From: Terriglobia bacterium
GTDB taxonomy: Bacteria; Acidobacteriota; Terriglobia; Terriglobales; Acidobacteriaceae
Length of the DNA: 64,000 bases
NCBI GenBank assembly: GCA_963816865.1
Contig: CAWFMU010000021.1
Location: 24,450-88,449 of the forward strand
Direction: 5' to 3'
Position numbers and translations under genes: made by a program. Below the pieces are notes generated by a model. The model had not been told where the DNA came from and made no database searches. It saw only the letters and a list, made by a program, of their open reading frames with translations. How positions within the stretch are numbered: position 1 is the stretch's first letter; each line of letters starts with the position of its first letter. Of this stretch, positions 40,717-49,821 are shown piece after piece.

Positions 40717-41553
40717 ATGAACATTCTGGAATTCACCGCTCTGGTCTTTGTCGGATCGCTGATTGCCGGCCTCCTGGGATCGTTGACTGGACTCGGCGGC
40801 GGCGTCGTTCTCGTTCCCCTGCTGACCCTGTTCTTCAAAGTGGACATCCGATACGCCATTGGCGCATCCCTGGTCTCGGTAATCGCCACGTCCTCGGGCG
40901 CGGCCGCCGCCTACGTGAAAGAGGGATTTTCCAATATCAGGATCGGCATGTTCCTGGAAATTGCCACCACCCTCGGCGCCTTGTCGGGCGCTTTCCTGGC
41001 AGTGTGGGTGCCGACCAAGGCGATCGCGATCATTTTCGGCGTGGTGCTTTTGATCTCTGCGTTTCTTTCACGCAAGCCCCGCACCCCGGCGGAACGCAAC
41101 GCTCCCCCGGATCCGCTGGCCACTCGACTGCGTCTCAACGGCAGCTTCCCGGATCTGGAAGGTACGCGGAGCTACAACGTCCAGCGTGTTCCGGCAGGTT
41201 TCGGCATCATGTTTGGAGCTGGAGCTTTGTCGGGACTGCTCGGCATCGGCTCCGGCGCCATGAAGGTTCTCGCCATGGACCAGGCCATGCGAATTCCCTT
41301 CAAGGTCTCCACCACCACCAGCAACTTCATGATCGGCGTCACGGCCGCGGCCAGCGCCGGGGTTTACCTGCACCGTGGATACATCGATCCCGGGCTTTCG
41401 ATGCCGGTAATGCTGGGAGTTCTTGGCGGCTCCATGGTGGGCGCCGGCATTCTGGTCAAGGCGGAAACAAAATGGCTGCGGCTGGTCTTCAGCACGGTAA
41501 TCGTCATTCTGGGACTCGAAATGCTCTACAAGGGACTTTCAGGGGGCATCTGA
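40717..41553 (+). CDS. TSUP-family (TauE/SafE, DUF81) anion transporter
   Basis: 278 aa, about 8 hydrophobic helices with duplicated G-rich motifs (GSLTGLGGGVVLVPLL; GLLGIGSGAMKV). It starts 26 nt after cydB. Confidence 0.75.
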   Translation: MNILEFTALVFVGSLIAGLLGSLTGLGGGVVLVPLLTLFFKVDIRYAIGASLVSVIATSSGAAAAYVKEGFSNIRIGMFLEIATTLGALSGAFLAVWVPTKAIAIIFGVVLLISAFLSRKPRTPAERNAPPDPLATRLRLNGSFPDLEGTRSYNVQRVPAGFGIMFGAGALSGLLGIGSGAMKVLAMDQAMRIPFKVSTTTSNFMIGVTAAASAGVYLHRGYIDPGLSMPVMLGVLGGSMVGAGILVKAETKWLRLVFSTVIVILGLEMLYKGLSGGI

Positions 41554-41554
41554 C

Positions 41555-41944
41555 ATGACCGGCGAGAACGCATGGACTGATAAACGGATTGAAAATATTC
41601 TGGGAAACCTGCTGCGCGCCGGCGTGGTATTTTCCGCCATCATCGTCTTTTGCGGCGCGGTAGTGTATCTCGCTCGGCACGGCCGGGCGCCAGCCAACTA
41701 TCGCGTCTTCCAAGGAGAGCCTTCGGAACTTCGCAGCTTGCCCGGTGTTGTGCGCGATGCCTTGGATCTTAGCGGTCGCGGCATCATCCAACTGGGTCTG
41801 TTATTCCTGATCGCCACGCCGGTGGCTCGCGTGATTTTTTCGATTTGGGGATTCGCGGCCGAACGCGACCGTATGTATGTGGTCTTCACCGTCATCGTGC
41901 TTGCCATCCTGATTTTCAGCCTGGTGGGATCATCACAGATGTGA
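41555..41944 (+). CDS. DUF1634-family membrane protein
   Basis: 129 aa with 3-4 helices. It starts 1 nt after the TSUP stop. DUF81-DUF1634 is a pairing I know from other genomes. Confidence 0.6.
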   Translation: MTGENAWTDKRIENILGNLLRAGVVFSAIIVFCGAVVYLARHGRAPANYRVFQGEPSELRSLPGVVRDALDLSGRGIIQLGLLFLIATPVARVIFSIWGFAAERDRMYVVFTVIVLAILIFSLVGSSQM

Positions 41945-42018
41945 TGCCCCTCATCGTTGTCACACAACGGTACGCGTCTTAAGCTGTGGAGCAGGTTATT
42001 CTGCTCGCGGAGGTTGGC

Positions 42019-43140
42019 ATGGTCCGTTGCATCATTCTCGTGCTGTCCCTGCTACAGGCTGCTGCAGTTTTAGCGACCGATTTCCCTGCCGGTTCATGGA
42101 TCCTGCCAGCTCAAAGTGGTCTGACCGATGCGGTTCGTTCAACTGCCAACGATCTAGGTCTCGACTTCGTGAGCGCCACTGCCGTCCCTGACGTGCCGCG
42201 GCATCCGGAAAAAGCTGCGCGCATCGGCGTATGGGTGCCGTGGGCCGATACGGATTCCATCGGCTGGCTGCGTTACTCGCTCGATCAACGCAAGGTCCCA
42301 TACACCTATCTTCGCGATGAAGATATCCGCGCGGGAGGGTTGCGCGATCGCGTGGACATTGTCCTCTATGGTCACGTAGACCTCGAACTGGCCGAGCAGA
42401 TACAGGGATTGCCGAAGGCTTGGGGACCGATGCCCTTCAAGAAAACTCCGCAGACGCCAAGCTTCGGCACACCCGCCGAGTCCGATGACATCACCGGCGG
42501 CATTGGATGGGAAGGTCTCGCCCAGCTGCAGCGCTTTGTCGAGGATGGCGGATTGCTCGTGAGCCTGGGCAGCGGATCCATGCTTCCGTTGGAAGGCGGT
42601 ATGGTGCGTGGCGTGCGCCGCTCTTCGGGCGGTGTGCCACGCAGCACACAGGGGGGCGGAGCCGATTCCGCGGCCGCGGCACAACAAGCGGCTACACGAA
42701 CCCCGGGCGCGCACGTGCGCGTGACTTTTGATCAACCCGATCATCCGCTGGCCTACGGCTATCCGGCGCAGACTTACGTGTTCCGCCAGAACTTTCCGCT
42801 ATACGATGTTCCCCGGCGCTGGCTGCGCATGGCCTACTGCACCACCTGCCTGGATGGCCCGGAAGACCGCAGCCACATCGTCATGGAGTGGGGCGATCGG
42901 AACGGAGCGCCATTCGTGGTCAGCGGCCAGGCTTGGGGCGAAGCGCGACTCATCGGACGTCCGGCCATTCTGGATATGCCCGCGGGCCGCGGCCACGTGG
43001 TGACGTTCAATTTCAATCCAATCCACCGCGATCTGAATCGTGGCGATCAGCGCATGCTCTGGAATGCGATCCTTAACTGGCAAGCGATTCTGGCCGGCAA
43101 CCCTGATCAATCAGGTGCCTCGAATAAAGTTGCTCCCTGA
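42019..43140 (+). CDS. secreted protein of unknown function
   Basis: ATG 42019 after GGAGG, with signal peptide MVRCIILVLSLLQAAAVLA. It resembles the C-terminal non-catalytic domain seen in some large peptidase-like proteins, but I cannot assign a family with confidence. Confidence 0.5.
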   Translation: MVRCIILVLSLLQAAAVLATDFPAGSWILPAQSGLTDAVRSTANDLGLDFVSATAVPDVPRHPEKAARIGVWVPWADTDSIGWLRYSLDQRKVPYTYLRDEDIRAGGLRDRVDIVLYGHVDLELAEQIQGLPKAWGPMPFKKTPQTPSFGTPAESDDITGGIGWEGLAQLQRFVEDGGLLVSLGSGSMLPLEGGMVRGVRRSSGGVPRSTQGGGADSAAAAQQAATRTPGAHVRVTFDQPDHPLAYGYPAQTYVFRQNFPLYDVPRRWLRMAYCTTCLDGPEDRSHIVMEWGDRNGAPFVVSGQAWGEARLIGRPAILDMPAGRGHVVTFNFNPIHRDLNRGDQRMLWNAILNWQAILAGNPDQSGASNKVAP

Positions 43141-43189
43141 ACATGCGAAACGATCCCTGGTGGTGTAGTTTAATAGTCCCCAAAGAATT

Positions 43190-43286
43190 GTCATTCCGAC
43201 GCGCGGCGTTTAGCGCGAGGAATCTGCTGTTTTCGCTGCCGTCAGAAAGCAGATTCCTCACCACTAAACCTGGCTTCGGAATGACA
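43190..43286. repeat. nested palindromic intergenic element (family 1b)
   Basis: Terminal inverted repeats GTCATTCCGA...TTCGGAATGAC enclose a perfect 12-bp hairpin (GAGGAATCTGCT-19 nt-AGCAGATTCCTC). Confidence 0.8.
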
Positions 43287-43377
43287 AGGGTTGATGTTGT
43301 TACAGAGCGAATACCGCACCACTACCAAATCGTCGCTGTTCGCGCACGTTTGAAGACCCAAACCGCATGGAGAGAAG

Positions 43378-44226
43378 ATGAAATTACTGCGTTACGGTTC
43401 AACCGGCCAGGAAAAGCCCGGCGTTCTCGCTTCAGACGGCACAATCCGCGATCTTTCTGGCATCGTTCCCGATCTTTCCGGGCCGTCGTTGCTTCCCGAG
43501 TCGATTCAGAAACTGCGCCAGGCGGATATCTCACGTTTGCCTCGGGTTGAGGGCAAGCCCCGCATCGGCCCCTGTGTGAGCGGCGTGGGCAAATTCATTT
43601 GCATTGGCTTGAATTACTCCGATCACGCCGCGGAGTCGGGAATGGCGGTGCCCGCCGAGCCAGTACTCTTCATGAAAGCCACGTCCGCCATCTGCGGCCC
43701 CAACGATGACGTCGTAATTCCGCGCGGCTCCAAAAAGTCTGATTGGGAAGTCGAACTGGGCGTCGTCATCGGCAAGCCGGCAAAATATGTGAGCAAGCCC
43801 GATGCGCTCTCGCACGTTGCCGGATATTGCGTGGTCAACGATCTCTCCGAGCGCGCCTTCCAACTCGAAAGCACCGGGCAATGGACCAAAGGCAAGAGCG
43901 CGGACACCTTCGGCCCCATCGGGCCCTGGCTGGTCACGTCCGACGAAGTTCCCGACCCGCAGAATCTCGATATGTGGCTGGAAATTGATGGCCACCGCTA
44001 TCAGAACGGGTCTACTAAAACCATGGTGTTCGTCGTGGCCCACCTGATCAGCTACATAAGCCAGTTCATGAGTTTGAGGACGGGCGACATTATTTCGACC
44101 GGAACACCTCCCGGCGTCGGCAACGGTCAGAAACCGCCCGTTTTTCTGCGCGCCGGCAACCGCATCAAGTTAGGCATATCGGGCCTCGGGCAACAGGAGC
44201 AGAAAGTCGTCGCCGACTCGCTGTAG
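43378..44226 (+). CDS. fumarylacetoacetate hydrolase (FAH) family protein
   Basis: Intact 282 aa. FAH-fold motifs: FICIGLNYSDHAAE, PVLFMKATS, DWEVELGVVIG, GDIISTGTPPGVG. Confidence 0.85.
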   Translation: MKLLRYGSTGQEKPGVLASDGTIRDLSGIVPDLSGPSLLPESIQKLRQADISRLPRVEGKPRIGPCVSGVGKFICIGLNYSDHAAESGMAVPAEPVLFMKATSAICGPNDDVVIPRGSKKSDWEVELGVVIGKPAKYVSKPDALSHVAGYCVVNDLSERAFQLESTGQWTKGKSADTFGPIGPWLVTSDEVPDPQNLDMWLEIDGHRYQNGSTKTMVFVVAHLISYISQFMSLRTGDIISTGTPPGVGNGQKPPVFLRAGNRIKLGISGLGQQEQKVVADSL

Positions 44227-44276
44227 CTGCCGAGGCTATAGCGCTCAATCTAGAACTTCTCGAAGTTGCGGTGGAG

Positions 44277-44304
44277 TCATCCTGAACTTGCGAAGGATCT
44301 GGGG
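44277..44304 (+). repeat. truncated family-1 REP-like element
   Basis: GTCATCCTGAacttgcGAAGGATCTGGGG keeps both family-1 flanks but lacks the internal hairpin. Confidence 0.5.
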
Positions 44305-44385
44305 CGCAGCGGATGAACACCCTCAGCTATTGTGTCGGTGCACGCAAGCTCCTTCAGGACCGAAGAATAACGCCGTCAATGGCGT

Positions 44386-45615
44386 CTAAGCTGTCTTAGG
44401 TTCCAACTCACCAACCACGAACCAGTAAGCGAGAAGTCCCACAAGAAGGACGACAGCACCAACCTCAAAACCCGGAACGTAGGAACCGCTTCGCTTGATC
44501 AGCAATCCCACCGCCAGCGGAGCAACGATTCCGGCCAGATTGCCGGCGAAGTTTTCCGCTCCGGTCCATATCCCGACTTTCTCAAAAGGCGCGCAGCATT
44601 GAAGAATGACCAGCAGATTGCCGGTGGCAAGTCCGACCAGCGCGGCCATGATCAACAACCAAATCGCCGTCCGTGTATCCGAAGCTCGCATGGCCGCGAT
44701 CAGGAACACGCCCATAAAAAAAGCAAAGGTAACGATTCCCTTCCGGGTCCGGGTTTCATCCCAGCCGCGGCGAATCAGGCTGTCGGCGATCCATCCCCCA
44801 ATTGGTTCTGACACCCCGAATGTGAAGAAAATTAGAGAACCGTAAAAGCCGGCCTGCACGATGCTGAGATGACGGACCGTCACCAGATAATCGGGCAGCC
44901 ACGTGACCAGCACATACCAGTAATAATCAAAACAAAAGAATCCGAGACAGATGCCCAGCAAATTGCGGTTGAACAGGGCATTCCAACGAAAAGGCGCCTT
45001 CTCGCTTCGCGAGGCAACCACAGCCTGTTCTGTGGCTCGGATGTGCCGAGGAAACACCCATAACCAGGGCACTATCCAGATCATTGCCGTAAAACCTAGT
45101 AGCAGGAAAGTGTGGCGCCATCCATAGCGGGTCAGTAGCCATGGGACCAGCAGTCCTTCGAGGATCAATCCGGTTCGAGTTCCGAAGTCGAAGAGTCCCG
45201 AGGGCAATCCACGATCTTTCCCGCTGAACAGCAGGCTGATGATCTTCACCCCTCCCGGCAAGTAGATGGACTCTCCAACGCCGAGAAGAATGCGGAACCC
45301 GATCAAGACCTCGAGGCTCCCCGCCAGTCCAGTAAGCCCCTGCGCCAGTGACCACAACGCAAATGCCCCGGCGTAGAGCCAGCGCAAATTCATGCGGTCC
45401 GCGCACCAGCCAATGGGAACCTGCATGAGTGCATAAGACCAGAAGAAGGAGGAAAGCAGCAGCCCCTTGGTTTCTGGCGTGAGATGAAAATCTTTGGAAA
45501 TCAGCGGCAGAGCAAATGATATGGCGGCGCGATCGAGATAGTTGATTAGCGACGCGGTAAAGAGCAGGCTGACGATTCCCCAACGGCGCGAGTTGGAAAC
45601 AGCCGGCAGAGCCAT
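44386..45615 (-). CDS. MFS transporter
   Basis: Intact 409 aa with 12 predicted helices. N-terminal motif: NYLDRAAISFALPLI...WCADRMNLRW. Confidence 0.8.
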   Translation of the reverse strand: MALPAVSNSRRWGIVSLLFTASLINYLDRAAISFALPLISKDFHLTPETKGLLLSSFFWSYALMQVPIGWCADRMNLRWLYAGAFALWSLAQGLTGLAGSLEVLIGFRILLGVGESIYLPGGVKIISLLFSGKDRGLPSGLFDFGTRTGLILEGLLVPWLLTRYGWRHTFLLLGFTAMIWIVPWLWVFPRHIRATEQAVVASRSEKAPFRWNALFNRNLLGICLGFFCFDYYWYVLVTWLPDYLVTVRHLSIVQAGFYGSLIFFTFGVSEPIGGWIADSLIRRGWDETRTRKGIVTFAFFMGVFLIAAMRASDTRTAIWLLIMAALVGLATGNLLVILQCCAPFEKVGIWTGAENFAGNLAGIVAPLAVGLLIKRSGSYVPGFEVGAVVLLVGLLAYWFVVGELEPKTA

Positions 45616-45727
45616 TCCGGGTCCTTTCGCCTTCGTCTGCGAATCCAGAGAATTATTTATTTACGACTGTTAATCCCAGAATCGAAGTGGGAGCTAGCCG
45701 GATGTGGCGGTGAGCTTCCGGCGATCA

Positions 45728-47113
45728 TCACGCGCTCTTTCGCGAACCAGCAGGCTGCGACGCAACATCGGGACCTCGGGAAGCGCCAGTTTGCTTGGCC
45801 GCTTCGAGCAGCCGATTCAGAGAGTCCACGTCCTTGAGCGTAACGTACTGGCCAAGGTCGCGTTCGAAAACCACATCGAGAGTCCACTGCAATGCGACGC
45901 GCAATTTCTTCTCAAGCCTCGGTAACTTCATCAGGTAGATGCTCCGCCATAGTACCCAGCCGATGACTCCTGAAACATTGAGGCCGAAGATTCTGGCAAC
46001 GCCGGTGCGCCTGCCGATGGCGGCAAGTTGTCCCGGCGCCTTGTACTGGAAGGGCTTGGATTTCGTGCCGTTCAGCCGGGCATTGATGTTTATCCCGACC
46101 CGCCGACCCTCGCGCAGGGCATGCTGCGCGGTCGGTGGATAAGGAGTTTTGGAAATGGCATCGGTAATCGCGGCGCAGTCGCCCGCTGCCCACACCCCCG
46201 GGTAGCCGGGGACTTCCAGGGTGGAATCAACGACCACTCTACCCTTCTGAAGTTCGCACGGGATATCTTTCAGAACTGGACTGGGCGAGACTCCGGCCGC
46301 CCATATCAGAGTGTCGGTTGGAATCGCTTCGCCATCGCCGCAATGCACCGCGCCGTCTCTGTAGGCGACAACTCTGGTGCTGAGTTTAATTTCCACGTCG
46401 CGCTTCCTGAGTTTCTGCTGCGCGTAGAGTCCGAGGGCCTGGCCGAGTTCGGGCAGGATCACCGGCCCGCCATGAACCAACACGACGCGGACCTCGCGCG
46501 GATCGATCCGCCCGTAGTGCCGAAGGCTTTCGCGGGCAAGGTCATTGATGGCCCCGGTGGTCTCGACCCCGGCGAAACCGCCGCCCGCAATCACGAACGT
46601 CAGCATCTGCTTCCGGCGAACCGGGTCGGGCTCGACACTGGCCCATTCGAGCATCCCGATCACTCCTGCGCGGAGGATGACGGCATCGCCCAGGCTCTTG
46701 ATGCCGAGCGCGTGTTCCGCCACCCCCGGAGTTTCGAAATAGTTTGTCTCTGATCCCAGGGCTAAAACGAGTTGGTCAAACGGCAGCTCACGGAAAAGCC
46801 CCCTCAGTCCGTAGGAGATGGTCACTCGCCGCGCCGCAAGGTCAATCGCCTTGATGTCCGCACTCAGGATGGTCACGCGCCGCAGCAGCTTGCGCAGCGG
46901 ATTGCAGATGTGCGTGGGTTCGAGATCCCCGGCCGCGACCTCGTGCAGCATGGGAGTGAAAAGAGTAAAGTTATCCGTGCTTACGAGCGTCACCTCGACA
47001 TCGGCCCGCTTGGCTGCTGTTCGATCAAGGTATCGAGCGGCTTCGACGCCGGCGAATCCGCCGCCTAAGATAACAATCTGCCTCTTGTCTGTCCTTCCGT
47101 CGGTTTCATGCAC
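45728..47113 (-). CDS. ndh: type II NADH:quinone oxidoreductase (NDH-2)-like FAD/NAD(P) oxidoreductase
   Basis: GTG start. Two dinucleotide folds (IVILGGGFAGVEAA; FVIAGGGFAGVETT), WAAGDCA, and an amphipathic C-terminal tail. Intact. Confidence 0.8.
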   Translation of the reverse strand: MHETDGRTDKRQIVILGGGFAGVEAARYLDRTAAKRADVEVTLVSTDNFTLFTPMLHEVAAGDLEPTHICNPLRKLLRRVTILSADIKAIDLAARRVTISYGLRGLFRELPFDQLVLALGSETNYFETPGVAEHALGIKSLGDAVILRAGVIGMLEWASVEPDPVRRKQMLTFVIAGGGFAGVETTGAINDLARESLRHYGRIDPREVRVVLVHGGPVILPELGQALGLYAQQKLRKRDVEIKLSTRVVAYRDGAVHCGDGEAIPTDTLIWAAGVSPSPVLKDIPCELQKGRVVVDSTLEVPGYPGVWAAGDCAAITDAISKTPYPPTAQHALREGRRVGININARLNGTKSKPFQYKAPGQLAAIGRRTGVARIFGLNVSGVIGWVLWRSIYLMKLPRLEKKLRVALQWTLDVVFERDLGQYVTLKDVDSLNRLLEAAKQTGASRGPDVASQPAGSRKSA

Positions 47114-47277
47114 TCGATTGCCTCAACCTTGATGTGTATGCACTGGTCAGTTTACGCTCAGGTCCGCCCAGACTGCACCTGTGCCGCAAGAGATGTTAAT
47201 ATGCACAACGCGGTTCCGTAAACGTTTTCGGTTATCGACCCGCGCCTGCCCGGCCAAGCTGGGCGAGATGGCAACCC

Positions 47278-48774
47278 GTGATGTCATTCCTGGGAATTGA
47301 CGTAGGTACTGGAGGAACACGCGCGCTCGTCATTGACGAAGCCGGACGTGTCATCGCCTCCGCGACAGAGGAGCACCGCGACTTCGCCTCACCTCAAATC
47401 GGCTGGGCGGAACAGGATCCCGGCGACTGGTGGCGCGCCTGCGGCCTGGCGGTGCGCAAGGTGCTGGCCAAAGCTCAACTGAGCGGTGATCAGATTGCCT
47501 GCGTTGGTTTGTCCGGACAGATGCACGGGGCAGTCCTCCTGGACGAACGCTCTCAGGTTGTACGGCCTGCGCTGATCTGGTGCGACGTCAGGACAGAAAA
47601 GCAGAGCCGAGACCTAACGGCGCAAATTGGCGCTGCCCGCCTGATTGAGCTCACATCCAACCCTGCCCTCACAAATTTCACTTTGACCAAATGTTTGTGG
47701 GTCCGGGAGAACGAACCCGAGTTGTGGAAGAAGGTCCGCTCGGTCATGCTGCCCAAAGATTACGTCCGGTTGCAACTGACCGGAGAAAAGGCAACCGACA
47801 TGGCCGACGCCTCGGGCACGCTGCTGCTCGACGTGGCGCATCGCCGCTGGTCTAAGGAAATTTTGCAGGCGGTACAAATGGAAGAGTCGGTTCTGCCTAA
47901 GCTCTACGAGTCACCAGACGTCTGTGGGCGGATCTCGTCAGCCGGCGCCGCCGCTACCGGCCTGCGAGTCGGAACACCAGTCGTAGCGGGCGCAGGAGAT
48001 CAGGCCGCGGGAGCGATTGGAATGGGAATTGTTTCTCCCGGCAAGGTGAGCGCAACCATCGGGACTTCGGGTGTCGTCTTTGCCGCCACGGCGCGCCCCT
48101 CGCTCGATCCCAAGGGACGCCTGCACACGTTTTGCCATGCGCTTCCGGGGCGCTGGTTCGTAATGGGCGTGACCCAGGCTGCTGGGCTTTCTCTTCGCTG
48201 GTTCCGGGACCAGCTCGCCTGCTCTACGAACGGCAACAGCGATTCCTACGAGCAGCTCACCGCCGGGGCGGCGAACATCCCGGCCGGATCCGATGGCCTG
48301 CTTTGGGCTCCCTACCTTATGGGCGAGCGCACTCCTTACCTCGATCCGACTGCACGCGGAATGCTCGTTGGCTTGACCGCGTCTCACACCCGAGATCATG
48401 TAATTCGAGCAATCCTGGAAGGAGTCGCATTCAGCCTGCGCGATACGTTCACGATCTTCAAGGAGATCGAAGTCCCGGTTGAGACCATTCGACTGGGTGG
48501 CGGTGGCGCCAGATCCAGGCTTTGGCGTCAAATCCAGGCGGACATTTATGGACAGCAGGTCGAGATCGTCGAAGCGGAAGAAGGAGCCGCCTACGGCGCG
48601 GCAATCCTGGCGGGAGTCGGCGCAAAAGCCTGGCCGTCGGTTGATGCTGCCTGCGAAGCGGTGGTGCACGTTGCCAGTAGTGTGAGTCCGAATTCTGACA
48701 ACTTGAAGGTTATGGAAAAGGCATACGCGAGCTACCGCCGCATGTATCCAGCCATGAAGTCCATCCTGAATTAG
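47278..48774 (+). CDS. xylB: xylulokinase (FGGY carbohydrate kinase)
   Basis: Intact 498 aa: LGIDVGTGGTRALV, GLSGQMHGAVLLD, AGAGDQAAGAIGMG, RLGGGGARSRLWRQIQADI. The start may be ATG 47281. Confidence 0.8.
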   Translation: MMSFLGIDVGTGGTRALVIDEAGRVIASATEEHRDFASPQIGWAEQDPGDWWRACGLAVRKVLAKAQLSGDQIACVGLSGQMHGAVLLDERSQVVRPALIWCDVRTEKQSRDLTAQIGAARLIELTSNPALTNFTLTKCLWVRENEPELWKKVRSVMLPKDYVRLQLTGEKATDMADASGTLLLDVAHRRWSKEILQAVQMEESVLPKLYESPDVCGRISSAGAAATGLRVGTPVVAGAGDQAAGAIGMGIVSPGKVSATIGTSGVVFAATARPSLDPKGRLHTFCHALPGRWFVMGVTQAAGLSLRWFRDQLACSTNGNSDSYEQLTAGAANIPAGSDGLLWAPYLMGERTPYLDPTARGMLVGLTASHTRDHVIRAILEGVAFSLRDTFTIFKEIEVPVETIRLGGGGARSRLWRQIQADIYGQQVEIVEAEEGAAYGAAILAGVGAKAWPSVDAACEAVVHVASSVSPNSDNLKVMEKAYASYRRMYPAMKSILN

Positions 48775-48793
48775 CCTGCAAGACCATGTGATC

Positions 48794-49477
48794 TCAGACC
48801 GCGGATGCTGCGCGCAACTCATTCCGCCGAGCGCTGAGGAAATCCAGATACTCCTCCATCCCATCTCCGCTTTTGGCGGAGAGCCTGAAAACCCGCATCC
48901 CTGGCCGTACCGCCTGTATGTTGCCGTAAGCCGAGTGCCAGTCAAATTCAACCGCGGATGCCAGATCCATCTTGGTTACCACGGCAACGTCGGCACTGTT
49001 GAAGATTGTCGGGTACTTCAGCGGTTTGTCCTCGCCTTCAGTGACCGAGATCAGCACCACCCGAAGATTCTCACCGAGGTCATAGGACGACGGACAAACC
49101 AGGTTCCCAACATTCTCGATGAAAAGAAAATCAAGGCTATTGAGGTCCCATTCCTCCAGAGAATTCTGGACCATGGCCGCCTCAAGATGACAGAGCGTGC
49201 CGGTTGTGATCTGCTTGACCGGAGCCCCGCTGCGCGCCAACCGGATGGCATCGTTCTCCGTGGCAAGGTCTCCCACCAGGGCGGCAACACGGTAATTTTG
49301 ACCAAGGAGCGAAAGCGTCTTTTCCAGAAACATTGTCTTTCCCGTGCCCGGGCTCGACACCAGACTGACGACCAATACTCCCGCGGCGCGAAACTGCTCG
49401 CGCAGCCCGCGGGCCGTAATATCATTCTGTTTCAGAACGTTCTTCCTGACTTCGACTAAGCGGGGTTGGCTACCCAT
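48794..49477 (-). CDS. hypB: hydrogenase nickel-incorporation GTPase HypB
   Basis: ATG 49477 after GGAGA. P-loop SSPGTGKT, ENVGNLVCP, VVTKMDL. It overlaps the hypA 3' end. Confidence 0.9.
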   Translation of the reverse strand: MGSQPRLVEVRKNVLKQNDITARGLREQFRAAGVLVVSLVSSPGTGKTMFLEKTLSLLGQNYRVAALVGDLATENDAIRLARSGAPVKQITTGTLCHLEAAMVQNSLEEWDLNSLDFLFIENVGNLVCPSSYDLGENLRVVLISVTEGEDKPLKYPTIFNSADVAVVTKMDLASAVEFDWHSAYGNIQAVRPGMRVFRLSAKSGDGMEEYLDFLSARRNELRAASAV

Positions 49478-49821
49478 TCTTCTATCTCCAATGCAACGAC
49501 TTCGATTTCTTTGCCGTGAACGATCTCCGACGTAGGAGTGCCGCATTCGGTACAACAAAACAGCTGGATCGAACTGACCGGACGCTGCGCCTGGCAGCCT
49601 GGACAAAAGACGATGACGGGAACATCTTCGATCACGATGCGTGACCCGGCAAGTGCCGTGCCTTCAGATGCCATCTCATAGGACGCCAGCAGAGCCTCCT
49701 TCACCACACCCGAGAGAGCTCCTAATTTCAAGTGCACTGTCATAATTTTAACGTTGCTCCGGCGTTCGATTTCTTCTTCCGCCAGTTCGACAATGCTCAT
49801 TGCGATTGAGAGTTCGTGCAT
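49456..49821 (-). CDS. hypA: hydrogenase nickel-insertion protein HypA
   Basis: MHELSIAMSIVE N-terminus (Ni site) and a zinc motif CPGC...CTEC. Confidence 0.9.
   Translation of the reverse strand: MHELSIAMSIVELAEEEIERRSNVKIMTVHLKLGALSGVVKEALLASYEMASEGTALAGSRIVIEDVPVIVFCPGCQAQRPVSSIQLFCCTECGTPTSEIVHGKEIEVVALEIEEWVANPA

Noticed and set aside
41986-42018. Longer N-terminus (MEQVILLAEVG…) for the 42019-43140 gene
   Set aside because: ATG 42019 is preceded by GGAGG and gives a clean signal peptide. The upstream extension has no RBS and would bury the leader.
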